64,000 nt of DNA from a virus (lineage: Duplodnaviria; Caudoviricetes): positions 14,347 through 78,346 of the IMG/VR virus record IMGVR_UViG_3300006217_000025. The stretch is one strand, 5' to 3'. The position numbers were made by a program, and so were the translations under genes. Within the stretch, counting starts at the first letter, position 1. Every line of letters starts with the position of its first letter. Under the pieces are notes generated by a model. The model ran no database searches, was not told the DNA's origin, and saw nothing but the letters and a program-made list of their open reading frames with translations. Shown piece after piece: positions 49,375 through 58,600 of the stretch.

Positions 49375-49450
49375 GGCAGGGTGGAGCAGAAGGAAGCTTA
49401 TCAGTCTTATTAGCTGAGGGTCGCAGGTTCAAGTCCTGCCCCTGCAACCA
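49375..49450 (+). tRNA. Initiator-type (fMet body) tRNA with TAT anticodon
   Basis: G1xA72 mismatch, G2-C71, C3-G70, A11-U24, A73, CCA; anticodon arm TCAGT-CTTATTA-GCTGA; T arm GCAGG-TTCAAGT-CCTGC. Confidence 0.85.
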
Positions 49451-49501
49451 TTTAATTTACCATGCTTCATAGCATGGATTTTTTTGAAAGGAATTAAAGA
49501 A

Positions 49502-49633
49502 ATGATAGAAAAAATGTTAGCGATCAAAAGGGAAATATATACAACGGATTCATGGAAGCGTAGAAATGATTTACAGAAGCATTTAGATAGCTTAGAAAAA
49601 GAATGGTTTAAAAACAAGAAGGTGATAAAATAG
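49502..49633 (+). CDS. Small hypothetical protein
   Basis: 43 aa, GAAAGGA SD; stop overlaps the terS ATA. Confidence 0.5.
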   Translation: MIEKMLAIKREIYTTDSWKRRNDLQKHLDSLEKEWFKNKKVIK

Positions 49634-50007
49634 CTAGACCAAAAAAAGAAATTGACATTAAACAATTTGAAAAATTATGTTCATTGCAATGTACACAAGC
49701 GGAGATATGTGCGTTTTTTGATATTTCAGAGAAAACACTGCAATCATGGTGCAAAAAAACGTATAATGACGGTTTTTCCCAAGTATTCGCCAAAAAGAGA
49801 GGATTAGGAAAGATATCGCTAAGAAGAATGCAATGGCAACTTGCTGAAAGAAATGCCTCGATGGCAATTTTTCTAGGTAAGCAGTTCTTGGGGCAAACGG
49901 ATAAAGTTGAGCAAAGCGTTATTGATGTAACGAAGATAAATGAATTAAATGCGTCTGTGCTTGATAATATTGCGCCTACAAGAGCGATAGAGGATTTTGA
50001 AGAATAA
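49630..50007 (+). CDS. Terminase small subunit (probable ATA start)
   Basis: ATA 49630 after AAGGTG gives (M)ARPKKEID.KQFEKLC.LQCT..EIC...SLRR.QW...AIFLGKQ.LGQ.D. Confidence 0.8.
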   Translation: MARPKKEIDIKQFEKLCSLQCTQAEICAFFDISEKTLQSWCKKTYNDGFSQVFAKKRGLGKISLRRMQWQLAERNASMAIFLGKQFLGQTDKVEQSVIDVTKINELNASVLDNIAPTRAIEDFEE

Positions 50008-51311
50008 ATATACCTTGTGCGTTCAATGAGCGTCAGATGAATTATTTAAGGCGAACACTTACATCATGGCTAAATGTAGCAGAAGGCGGGAAGCGTGGGT
50101 CTAAAAACGTTCTAAACACCTATGCTTTCTGTATCAATCTTGAAACACACCCTGACAAAATACATTTAATCGCAGGTGTATCAAATGCCACGGCTAGAAT
50201 CAATATTGCGGAATGTGATGGATACGGTATTTTCAATTATTATGAGGGAAGATATCGAGAGGGGAAATTTCAAGAAAAAACGTGTATTTACGTTCAGACA
50301 AAAACAGGTGAAAAGATTATACTTGTTGCTGGTGGAAGAAAGAACGGTGACGAAGCTTATATCAAAGGTTTCACAATAGGCAGTGCATATATAACAGAGG
50401 CTAATGAATGTCATGAGAATTTTCTGAAAGAAGTATTTGATAGAACGCTGTCATCTTCTAATAGAAAGATATTTCACGATTTAAATCCAAAAGAAGAGCA
50501 TCATTTCTATTATACTGAAATATTAGCCTATCATGAGAAAATGCAAAAAGAAGATGATGATTACGGCTATAATTATGGGCATTTCACGATTGCCGATAAT
50601 ATGAGTATTTCTAATAAACGATTAAGGGAAATTTTGAAAACTTATGACAAAAATACAGTTTGGTACAAACGTGATATTTTAGGCGATAGAGCAGTAGCCG
50701 AAGGGTTAATCTTCCGTTATTTTGCAAATGATCCTGAACCATACTTGATTGATGAGAAAAAAATCGAAAAAACATTCAGTCATATTATTATTGGTATTGA
50801 CTTTGGCGATAGTGGGTCAAAATATGTGTTTACAGCTATGGGTTTTAAAAATGGTTGGAAAGACTTGATAGCATTAGAAGAACATGAGATAGAAAAAAGC
50901 AATGGGATAGATGCTAAAAGACTTTGTAACGAGTTTATTTTGTTTTATAGACGTGTTTTAGAAAAATGGGGGTATGTAGAATGGATATTCTGTGATAGTG
51001 CTTCTAACACCCTTATAAATACGCTTAGAAGTGCAGCAAAAGAAAACAATCTAAGATACAGCAATATTGCAGGTGTAGTCAAGAACGAAGTAAGGGAAAG
51101 ACCGCAAATGGTTGACTTGCTACTTTGTACAGATAGATTGAAAATCAATCGAAAATGCAAAGGAATAATTAAAGCATTGTCAAGGCTGAAATGGGATGAG
51201 AAAGAGCCAGACATTCCGGAAGATTTAAACATTGATAATATCAATGATATTTGGGATAGCTTCTGTTACACGTTCATTACACATACGAAATATATAGAAT
51301 TAAAACGATAG
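50004..51311 (+). CDS. Terminase large subunit (probable ATA start)
   Basis: EGGKRGSK Walker A, ITEAN Walker B, GIDFG nuclease motif; ATAA overlap with terS stop. Confidence 0.88.
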   Translation: MNIPCAFNERQMNYLRRTLTSWLNVAEGGKRGSKNVLNTYAFCINLETHPDKIHLIAGVSNATARINIAECDGYGIFNYYEGRYREGKFQEKTCIYVQTKTGEKIILVAGGRKNGDEAYIKGFTIGSAYITEANECHENFLKEVFDRTLSSSNRKIFHDLNPKEEHHFYYTEILAYHEKMQKEDDDYGYNYGHFTIADNMSISNKRLREILKTYDKNTVWYKRDILGDRAVAEGLIFRYFANDPEPYLIDEKKIEKTFSHIIIGIDFGDSGSKYVFTAMGFKNGWKDLIALEEHEIEKSNGIDAKRLCNEFILFYRRVLEKWGYVEWIFCDSASNTLINTLRSAAKENNLRYSNIAGVVKNEVRERPQMVDLLLCTDRLKINRKCKGIIKALSRLKWDEKEPDIPEDLNIDNINDIWDSFCYTFITHTKYIELKR

Positions 51312-51324
51312 ACGGGGTGATAGA

Positions 51325-52713
51325 ATACAAAATTTTATAACAAGCTTTTTAGCTAAAAAAGGATATAGAGTTGATATAAATGCGCTAGATAGTATTATTG
51401 ACGTAACAAATAAATGGTACACAAATGAGGCATTGCCTTTTCATAAGGCGATGACAGTCAATGGCGAAAGATATGATTTAGAAAGAACGAACTTTGCTAA
51501 AAGACTATGTGCTGATGACGCCAATTTAATAGAATGTGCAGAAATAAACGCTAGTCAAAGCAATGAAATAAACGATCTCATCAATAAAGTGCTAGACGAC
51601 AATAATTTCAAGGTGATGTATCGAAAACAAGTTGAGCAAATGTCGGCAAATGGAACTGTCGGTGCTTATATCAGAATAGACAATGCAGACATATTAGATG
51701 ATGGTACTTTTATCAATGGAGAAATCATTATAGAATATTGTGATACATTAAATATCGTTCCATTAACAGTTATTCACAATCAGATAATCGAATGTGCATT
51801 CACAGGTCATGATATCGAGGATAATAAAGACGTTTACACCTTAATTATTTTCAAAATAGAAAACGGGCTATACAAATGCGAGAACTATCAATTTGATGAA
51901 AACGGCAGAGAGCTTGTCAACAGAACACAGATTGTAGAGTTAAGCGATGTCAAGCCTTTTGCGATTATGCGAACAGCTGAAAATAATAACATGAAAATGA
52001 AAGGATACGGCTATCCGAAATTATGGAGTGCTATTCCTTGCCTTGAAATCATTGACCTTGTTATGACGATGTGGAAAAGAGATTTAGACAAGTCTGATAA
52101 AATTGTTCTTATAAATGAAGAACTGTGCAAACGGAATGAGGAAGGTGAAGTCATACCACCAACCAAAGAAATGAAAAAAATCTTCGTTCAAGTCGGAAGC
52201 GAGAAATTGCCCGAGGAAAAAGCGATGTATCAAGAATATAATCCAACTGTTCGTATTGATGAAATTGAAAGGTCGTTAGAGCTGTCCTTGTCAATGCTCT
52301 CGATGTCGTTCGGATTCGGTACAAAAAAATATACTTTTGAGCAAGGCAGAATATTGACCGCTACCGAATATGTAGGCGATAAACAAGACAGCATGCAGGA
52401 AATCAACAAACAAAGAGATGAGAGCATACAGTATATCAAAGATATAGTTCATGCAATTGTCTATTTCTACAATATCAATAATCAGTCTAATATCATGGTT
52501 GATGAAATTAAAGTTGACTTTGATGACAGCTACATCGAAGATAAACAAGCTATGGCTAAAAGGATGAGAGAAGACGCTATTGCTTTTGAAAGCAATACAC
52601 TTAAATTGTGGTACTTGATGAAGCAGTATAATCTTACAGAAGAAGAAGCTCAAAAAATCATCTTGGAGATAGAATCAAATTTCCAAGATGATGGCGATGG
52701 TGATGAAGAATGA
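51325..52713 (+). CDS. Portal protein, SPP1 gp6-like (probable ATA start)
   Basis: Follows terL; GGGGTG SD then ATA 51325; G...Y.F...TATE...FDDS..ED motifs. Confidence 0.82.
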   Translation: MQNFITSFLAKKGYRVDINALDSIIDVTNKWYTNEALPFHKAMTVNGERYDLERTNFAKRLCADDANLIECAEINASQSNEINDLINKVLDDNNFKVMYRKQVEQMSANGTVGAYIRIDNADILDDGTFINGEIIIEYCDTLNIVPLTVIHNQIIECAFTGHDIEDNKDVYTLIIFKIENGLYKCENYQFDENGRELVNRTQIVELSDVKPFAIMRTAENNNMKMKGYGYPKLWSAIPCLEIIDLVMTMWKRDLDKSDKIVLINEELCKRNEEGEVIPPTKEMKKIFVQVGSEKLPEEKAMYQEYNPTVRIDEIERSLELSLSMLSMSFGFGTKKYTFEQGRILTATEYVGDKQDSMQEINKQRDESIQYIKDIVHAIVYFYNINNQSNIMVDEIKVDFDDSYIEDKQAMAKRMREDAIAFESNTLKLWYLMKQYNLTEEEAQKIILEIESNFQDDGDGDEE

Positions 52714-53774
52714 GAGATGAAGAAAATCTTGAAGAAAATGCACAAGAACTTATTGACCTAGCACAGTTGTTTGAAATGGCTTTGTTTGTCGGCATGCTAG
52801 GAGAGATAAAAAAATGTTTGAATAGCCAATCCACAAAAAGCGAATGTATTTATCGTATTAGAAAAATGGTAGCAGCGAAAACAAAACAATTTGCAAAAGA
52901 TACTAGTCAAGGCATTAAAGAAGTGGTTAAAAAGGGCAATGACATCAGTTATAAAGGATTCAGAAAGAAAGTAAAGAAGATGGTTAAATATGATGAGATT
53001 ACCGAAATTTATGCTAAAAAAACACAGAAAGAATTTAAGAAATACCTCAAAACAAGAGGTATAGCATACGGTAATCAAACACCTACACAGTTCTTTACTA
53101 GCTTTATCGAAAAACATTTAGATGATGTATTAGAGGGTAGAATGCCGATTGAAAAGGCGATAGAGAGTGCTATAACGGAAATGTCTAAGAACGGAATAAG
53201 ACTTGTCCAATATGATAGCGGTGTTAGAAAAAACGTAGATGTTTGGGTACGTCAACAGATGATATATGCACAAAGGGAAAGCGTGCGTGATTTAACTCTG
53301 AAAATCGCCAAAGAAAATGGTGTAACTATATTCGAATTTGATGCTCATGCAAATGCCCGACCTAGCCATCAAAGGTGGCAGGGGAAAAGGTTTGACATAA
53401 CCGGCAAGGAATATCCGACAAAAAAGCAGTTATGCAATGATGAAGATGAAGATTATGGCTGTCTGCATAGGTTCTATCCTGTGTGGGACAAAAAAGACAA
53501 GTATTCTTATTCAAAAGATCAATTGAAAAATATCAATACACAGCCGTTTGAATGGAATGGCAAATTGTATGATGGATATGAAGCTAAACAGAAAGCTCGT
53601 TCAATGGAACGTGATATACGTCAATTAAAGCGTGAAAAGAATTTAAGAGAGCTTGAAGGCTTAGACACAACAGATATAAAAGCTCGTCTAAGGGTCAAAA
53701 ACAAGCAATATAGAAGCTTTATGGAAAGATTTGGTACTTATCCAAGAAATAACAGAATACGAGTTGTTAAATAA
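52710..53774 (+). CDS. Minor capsid protein (Phage_min_cap2-like)
   Basis: H..ARPSH..WQGK, GC.H.F.P and Q.AR.MER.IR..KR motifs. Confidence 0.8.
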   Translation: MRDEENLEENAQELIDLAQLFEMALFVGMLGEIKKCLNSQSTKSECIYRIRKMVAAKTKQFAKDTSQGIKEVVKKGNDISYKGFRKKVKKMVKYDEITEIYAKKTQKEFKKYLKTRGIAYGNQTPTQFFTSFIEKHLDDVLEGRMPIEKAIESAITEMSKNGIRLVQYDSGVRKNVDVWVRQQMIYAQRESVRDLTLKIAKENGVTIFEFDAHANARPSHQRWQGKRFDITGKEYPTKKQLCNDEDEDYGCLHRFYPVWDKKDKYSYSKDQLKNINTQPFEWNGKLYDGYEAKQKARSMERDIRQLKREKNLRELEGLDTTDIKARLRVKNKQYRSFMERFGTYPRNNRIRVVK

Positions 53775-53836
53775 AATTTTAGCATATTTTAGTTTTTGAT
53801 TATTGATTTTATATATTTAAAGCTTTATAATGGTAG

Positions 53837-53942
53837 TAGCTAAGGGGTTGCTCCCCCTTAACTACTTAAAGCTTTACAGCTTTTCTATGAGGCTTATAAA
53901 CCTTTGAAGATTGGTAGTTCTGCAAGGTTTCAAGCCTTTTTT
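53837..53942 (+). ncRNA. Putative antisense sRNA
   Basis: TTGATT-17-TATAAT (53803-53831), hairpin TAAGGGG/CCCCTTA, terminator AAGG/CCTT+T; overlaps the 3' half of the minus-strand small ORF. Confidence 0.5.
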
Positions 53943-53978
53943 GTTGCACCATATCAGGTACATATTCCGTAAGTTCAT
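53874..53978 (-). CDS. 34-aa basic peptide (moron)
   Basis: GGAGGTG SD, TTGACA-17-TATAAT (54036-54008); MNLRNMYLIWCNKKGLKPCRTTNLQRFISLIEKL. Confidence 0.6.
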   Translation of the reverse strand: MNLRNMYLIWCNKKGLKPCRTTNLQRFISLIEKL

Positions 53979-54131
53979 TTTATCACCTCCCTCACCTTAC
54001 ATATACTATTATAAAGCATTTGCTTAATTTTGTCAATAGTTTAGTTAATTATTTGCTATATTTTTTTAATTAAAGTATTGATTTAATTAAATGATTGCTT
54101 TATAATTATATGTGAAAGTGAGGTTACATAT

Positions 54132-54344
54132 ATGGCAACAGAAAAACAAATAAAAGCGGTTATTGCACAAGCTTCTACAAATCAAAAGAAACTAGCTGAA
54201 AGTATCGGTATGACCCCTGCAAACTTTAATCAAAAATTAAAAAGATGTACTTTTACCGATGAAGAATTAAAGGAGATTGCAAACGAACTCGGAGCAACTT
54301 ATCATTGTTATTTTGAATTTGAAGATGGTACTAAAATATATTAG
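54132..54344 (+). CDS. Cro/CI-type HTH protein
   Basis: QKKLAESIGMTPANFNQKLKR HTH; own promoter TTGATT-17-TATAAT and downstream terminator. Confidence 0.8.
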   Translation: MATEKQIKAVIAQASTNQKKLAESIGMTPANFNQKLKRCTFTDEELKEIANELGATYHCYFEFEDGTKIY

Positions 54345-54433
54345 TAAAAGAGCCTTATCCCAATTTAAAGGGATAGAGCTTTTTTAGTTTAATGCTTAAC
54401 TTTAGCCTATTTTTTTGTTTTTTCTTTTAAAGT

Positions 54434-54467
54434 TGATAAACCATGCGTAACGTTTTCAAGTTAAAAT
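54434..54467 (+). promoter_or_regulatory. Putative late promoter, copy 2
   Basis: TGATAAACCATGCGTAACGTTT-N6-TAAAAT upstream of the scaffold gene. Confidence 0.65.
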
Positions 54468-54541
54468 AAGTGTAGTGAGAAATCACTTCCCTTATCAGCG
54501 TAGAAGATACGCTTTATAAGAAACTTTATAGGAGGATTTAT

Positions 54542-55111
54542 ATGAAAAACATTAGTGAAATTTTAAAATCAAATGGAGTTGAAGTATCTGATGAACAGTT
54601 AAAAGCTATCAATAGCGAAGTAGTGGAAAACTACAGAACAATCACTGATTACAACAAGCAGAAAGATAAACTTGAACTATCTGAAAAGAAGTACAAAGAT
54701 ACCCAAAAAGCATTTGAAGATTTTAAACAAGGATTTGAAGGAGTGGACATTGCAGAACTCAAAGGAAAAGTCGACACCTTGACGAACACGATTGAAACTC
54801 AAAAGGGGGATTATGAAAAAAAGATTGCGAAAATGAACCTAGATTCTTTGTTAAATGAAATCGCAAAAGAAAAAGGGTGCAAGGATTATGAGCTTGCACA
54901 AAAAATGATTGATTATGAAGCTCTGTTATCTTCTAAAAATCAAAAAGAAGATATTGAAAAGCAATTTGCCACTTTAAAAGAAAACAAGCCTATTTTGTTT
55001 GAGGCAGAAAAGCCAAATGGTAAAAAAGGCGGGGTCATTCTCCCTAGCGGCGGAAATGGCGAAGAAGTACAAACAGATTTGAAAAGTGCATTAAAAGATT
55101 ATTACAAATAG
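54542..55111 (+). CDS. Scaffolding protein (GP20-like)
   Basis: Coiled coil, between minor capsid and MCP; AGGAGG SD. Confidence 0.75.
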   Translation: MKNISEILKSNGVEVSDEQLKAINSEVVENYRTITDYNKQKDKLELSEKKYKDTQKAFEDFKQGFEGVDIAELKGKVDTLTNTIETQKGDYEKKIAKMNLDSLLNEIAKEKGCKDYELAQKMIDYEALLSSKNQKEDIEKQFATLKENKPILFEAEKPNGKKGGVILPSGGNGEEVQTDLKSALKDYYK

Positions 55112-55124
55112 AGGGGGAATATAA

Positions 55125-56129
55125 ATAGCAATTACATTAGAAGAAGCTAAGGTTGGTATGACTAACAAAGTCGACCAAAATGTGATTGATGAGTTTAGAA
55201 GAAGCTCGTTATTATTAGATATGCTGACATTTGATGATACGATTTCACCAGGCACAGGTGGTAGCACATTAGGATATTCATACATCATGCTGAAAACACC
55301 TAGCACTGTTGCAACACGTAAAATCAATACAGAATACGCACCGGGAGAAGCCAAGAGAGAAGAAAAGACTTCAAAAGCTATTATTCTTGGTGGGACATTT
55401 GAAGTCGATCGTGTTATTGCGGAAACAGATGGTGCAGTAGATGAAGTACAGTTCCAATTACAAGAAAAAGTAAAGGCAGGGTCAAACTACTTCCATAATT
55501 TAGTTATCAATGGAACAAAAGAAACAAGTGGTGATGGCTATGTTACAGAAACATTTGACGGCTTGAAAAAGCTTTTGTCAGGTTCTGAAACCGAAATCAC
55601 GAGTGAATCAGATTTATCAACATCAGCATTAGTAGATACAAATTACAATTCATTCTTAGACGAATTGGATGCGTTCTTATCGACATTGGATGGAAAACCT
55701 AGCATTTTACTGATGAATAACAAAATGCTGACAAAAGTAAGAGCTTGTGCAAGACGTGCGGGCTATTATGACAGAACTAAAAATGATTTTGGACAGTTTG
55801 TGGAAACATACAATGGCATTCCGATGATGGATACAGGTGTGTATTATGACGGTACAAGCACAAAAGATGTTATTGAAACAACTGCACCAAGTTCAAGCGC
55901 ATATGGTGAAACTTCTATTTATGCGGTTTCGTTAGGCTTAAATGCTTTTCATGGAATTTCAATTGACGGTTCAAAGATGTTAAGAACATACTTGCCAAAC
56001 TTTAAAGAACCAGGTGCTGTAAAAAAAGGTGAAGTTGAATTGATTGCCGGTGTAGTGTTGAAAAACTCCAACAAGGCAGGCGTTTTAAAAGGTATCAAGA
56101 TTTCGCCAAAATTGACAGCTGCTAAATAA
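55125..56129 (+). CDS. Major capsid protein (probable ATA start)
   Basis: GAGGGGG SD then ATA 55125 gives (M)AITLEEAKVGMTNKVDQ.VIDEFRR. Confidence 0.85.
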   Translation: MAITLEEAKVGMTNKVDQNVIDEFRRSSLLLDMLTFDDTISPGTGGSTLGYSYIMLKTPSTVATRKINTEYAPGEAKREEKTSKAIILGGTFEVDRVIAETDGAVDEVQFQLQEKVKAGSNYFHNLVINGTKETSGDGYVTETFDGLKKLLSGSETEITSESDLSTSALVDTNYNSFLDELDAFLSTLDGKPSILLMNNKMLTKVRACARRAGYYDRTKNDFGQFVETYNGIPMMDTGVYYDGTSTKDVIETTAPSSSAYGETSIYAVSLGLNAFHGISIDGSKMLRTYLPNFKEPGAVKKGEVELIAGVVLKNSNKAGVLKGIKISPKLTAAK

Positions 56130-56148
56130 ATGAAAAGGGGAGTTAGAT

Positions 56149-56502
56149 ATGAACAATTTAGTTGATTGGGAGTATTACAACTCCCATTTTCCTAATCTAA
56201 GCGAAGAAGATTTTAAAAAGACTTTTTATAAGGCTGAAAGAGTAGTTTTAAAGCGTGTTTCTAAAAACGTGGACAATTTATCAGAAGAAGAAAAAACAAG
56301 TGTCAAAGATTGTATATGCGATATTATCAATAATGTTTTCGGAACAAACAATGCTAAAGGTTTAGCAAGTGTTTCAAATGATGGATATTCAGAATCCTAT
56401 GTCAATATGACAGAAGAACAGCAGGAACACAGAATAGAAAGCATTATCAAAATGTGGCTAAATGACTTAGGAATTTTGAAAGGACATTTTATAGCTTTTT
56501 GA
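56149..56502 (+). CDS. Head-tail connector protein
   Basis: After MCP; SVSNDGYSESY motif. Confidence 0.7.
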   Translation: MNNLVDWEYYNSHFPNLSEEDFKKTFYKAERVVLKRVSKNVDNLSEEEKTSVKDCICDIINNVFGTNNAKGLASVSNDGYSESYVNMTEEQQEHRIESIIKMWLNDLGILKGHFIAF

Positions 56503-56918
56503 TGTTCAACGATACGATTACCATATACAATCACTACTATGATAAATTGACGAAACTAGACAGATGGAATAGAACGATTTTAAAAGGCGTTATGTGGCGT
56601 CAAACAACTACTAAGACAGTGTCTAGCAATAAGATACAAATTGACGATAGTATATCTATCACTATACCGCATAGAAGCGGTTATTTAAGCCCACAGAAGT
56701 ATATTCAAATGCCTAATGATAAAATGTCTGATTATTGGACAATCAACGCTGAAAACAATGCGGACATCATTGTTTTAGGGGAAATCAATCAAGACTTGAC
56801 AGATAGTTATACGTTAAGAGAACTAAGAAAAGACTATGATAATGTTGTAACTGTGATGGCGGTCAGCGATAATTCACGTGTAGATCATTTAAAACATTGG
56901 AAGGTAACTGCTAAATAA
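56499..56918 (+). CDS. Head closure/minor capsid protein
   Basis: M.N..ITIYN...HW.V pattern; position. Confidence 0.65.
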   Translation: MMFNDTITIYNHYYDKLTKLDRWNRTILKGVMWRQTTTKTVSSNKIQIDDSISITIPHRSGYLSPQKYIQMPNDKMSDYWTINAENNADIIVLGEINQDLTDSYTLRELRKDYDNVVTVMAVSDNSRVDHLKHWKVTAK

Positions 56919-57301
56919 GTAATGTAGAAATCAGATTCGAAATTCATGGCTTAAAAAGAATAATGCAGGACCGAGGCTTGCAGGTTGGCGGGCGTGTTCA
57001 GAAATATATTGACAATGAAGTTATCAGATTGATGGCATCTTACACGCCAAAAGAAAGCGGAGCATTGATTGACAGTGCCGAGAAATTAACAGATATCGGC
57101 AGTGGTGAAGTCAAACAAGGCGGTAAATCAGTGCCTTATGCTAGGAAATTGTATTATTATGAAAAATCACCGGGTGCAAGAGGCGTGAGATGGTCAGGAG
57201 GAGCGCCAAGAGGCTCATATTGGTTTGAACGAATGAAAAATGAAGGTGGAGCTAAAGCTATCTTGCGAGGTGCAATCAGAGAGGCGGGTGCTAAAAGATG
57301 A
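56915..57301 (+). CDS. Minor capsid/neck protein (probable ATA start)
   Basis: Y.P..SG.L...PYARKLYY...G..WFERMK; ATAA overlap at 56915. Confidence 0.7.
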   Translation: MSNVEIRFEIHGLKRIMQDRGLQVGGRVQKYIDNEVIRLMASYTPKESGALIDSAEKLTDIGSGEVKQGGKSVPYARKLYYYEKSPGARGVRWSGGAPRGSYWFERMKNEGGAKAILRGAIREAGAKR

Positions 57302-57714
57302 CGGTAGCACAAGCAATCAAGGATTGGCTCTATAATTTTCCAAAGTTGGATATTGACGAAAGGATAAGCACAGAACTTCTTCCAGCTGAAGCGGTGGCTT
57401 ATGCTTTATCTAAAAGCCCAAATAACATTGTAGAACAATTTGTGGATGGAAGTGAAAAAAGAACAGAATACTATACTTTTTTTGCAAGACAGTACACACA
57501 AATTGAAACAGAGAGAAATAGCAATGATGAATTTCTTGAAGAATTTGGAGAATGGGTCAATGAAAGAAACTTTAATGGGGATTTGCCAATCTTGGACAAT
57601 AACAGATATTGCGATAATATATCAGTTTCAAGCGGTTTTTATCTTTTTGAAACAGAAGAAAATCAAGGTATCTACTCATTTACAATCGAAATTATTTATC
57701 GGAAGGAGAGATAG
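57298..57714 (+). CDS. Tail terminator-like protein
   Basis: ATGA coupling; position. Confidence 0.6.
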   Translation: MTVAQAIKDWLYNFPKLDIDERISTELLPAEAVAYALSKSPNNIVEQFVDGSEKRTEYYTFFARQYTQIETERNSNDEFLEEFGEWVNERNFNGDLPILDNNRYCDNISVSSGFYLFETEENQGIYSFTIEIIYRKER

Positions 57715-57716
57715 AA

Positions 57717-58226
57717 ATAGAAGAAAAGTTTAAATCAACAACAGGAACAGAAGTAGCTAATGGATTAACCGTTAAAAAATATATGATTGGCTTGTTTCTT
57801 CAAATTGAAGATGTTTATAAGCGAATTAAAAAATCAACAACTCTTGAAATTGCGGTTGAAGCCAATACCGAAGAGCAAGACTTCATTGCGGATAAAACGC
57901 CGACAGAGTTATTGAAAAATTATGGGGTTTCATTAGCACAAGACTTAGCAATGATTAAAGGTGAAGAAGATTTTGAATTTATTTGGGAGAAGTTCTATAA
58001 CGCTATTCCAAACAATGAAGAAGTGAAAACAAAATGTATGATCGTGTTTATGTTTGACGGTGATAAAACCACAGGCTACAAGGCGTGGGAAACAGAAGCT
58101 AAAATCACTTTCGAAAACTTGAACGGTGTTGATTCAAAAATTAACTTCACAATCAATTTTGGCGATATTGAAAAAGGTATCGCTACAATGACAGATAATG
58201 TACCTACATTTACTAAAGGAGAATAG
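57717..58226 (+). CDS. Major tail (tube) protein (probable ATA start)
   Basis: GGAAGGAG SD then ATA 57717; position before the chaperones. Confidence 0.7.
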   Translation: MEEKFKSTTGTEVANGLTVKKYMIGLFLQIEDVYKRIKKSTTLEIAVEANTEEQDFIADKTPTELLKNYGVSLAQDLAMIKGEEDFEFIWEKFYNAIPNNEEVKTKCMIVFMFDGDKTTGYKAWETEAKITFENLNGVDSKINFTINFGDIEKGIATMTDNVPTFTKGE

Positions 58227-58231
58227 GAAGA

Positions 58232-58600
58232 ATGGCAACTTTATTTTATAACGGAAAAAGATATGATTTACCCAAGAAAACAATGGCGATTGTTGAAAAA
58301 GAGGATTTAATGCATACTAAATCAGCTTCATTAGTAGAAGCATATCAAAAACAATTCGATTATATCAAGGCATTATTTTCGGAAGAAGTGATGAATGATA
58401 TTTTTGGAACATCTGATTTAGATGAAATTGATATGACGGAATTGACTTTAGTTTGCAACATGGTTCATAGTGCCTATATGCAGAAAATCGTAGAACATCA
58501 GAAAAAAGAAAGTGAAATGATGGCAAATAATAAGGCACTTGAAAAAATTATCAGTGTGGGAAAATCAGTAGAAAAAATGATGGAAATTAAAAATAAATGA
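58232..58600 (+). CDS. Tail assembly chaperone
   Basis: Between tube and TMP. Confidence 0.55.
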   Translation: MATLFYNGKRYDLPKKTMAIVEKEDLMHTKSASLVEAYQKQFDYIKALFSEEVMNDIFGTSDLDEIDMTELTLVCNMVHSAYMQKIVEHQKKESEMMANNKALEKIISVGKSVEKMMEIKNK

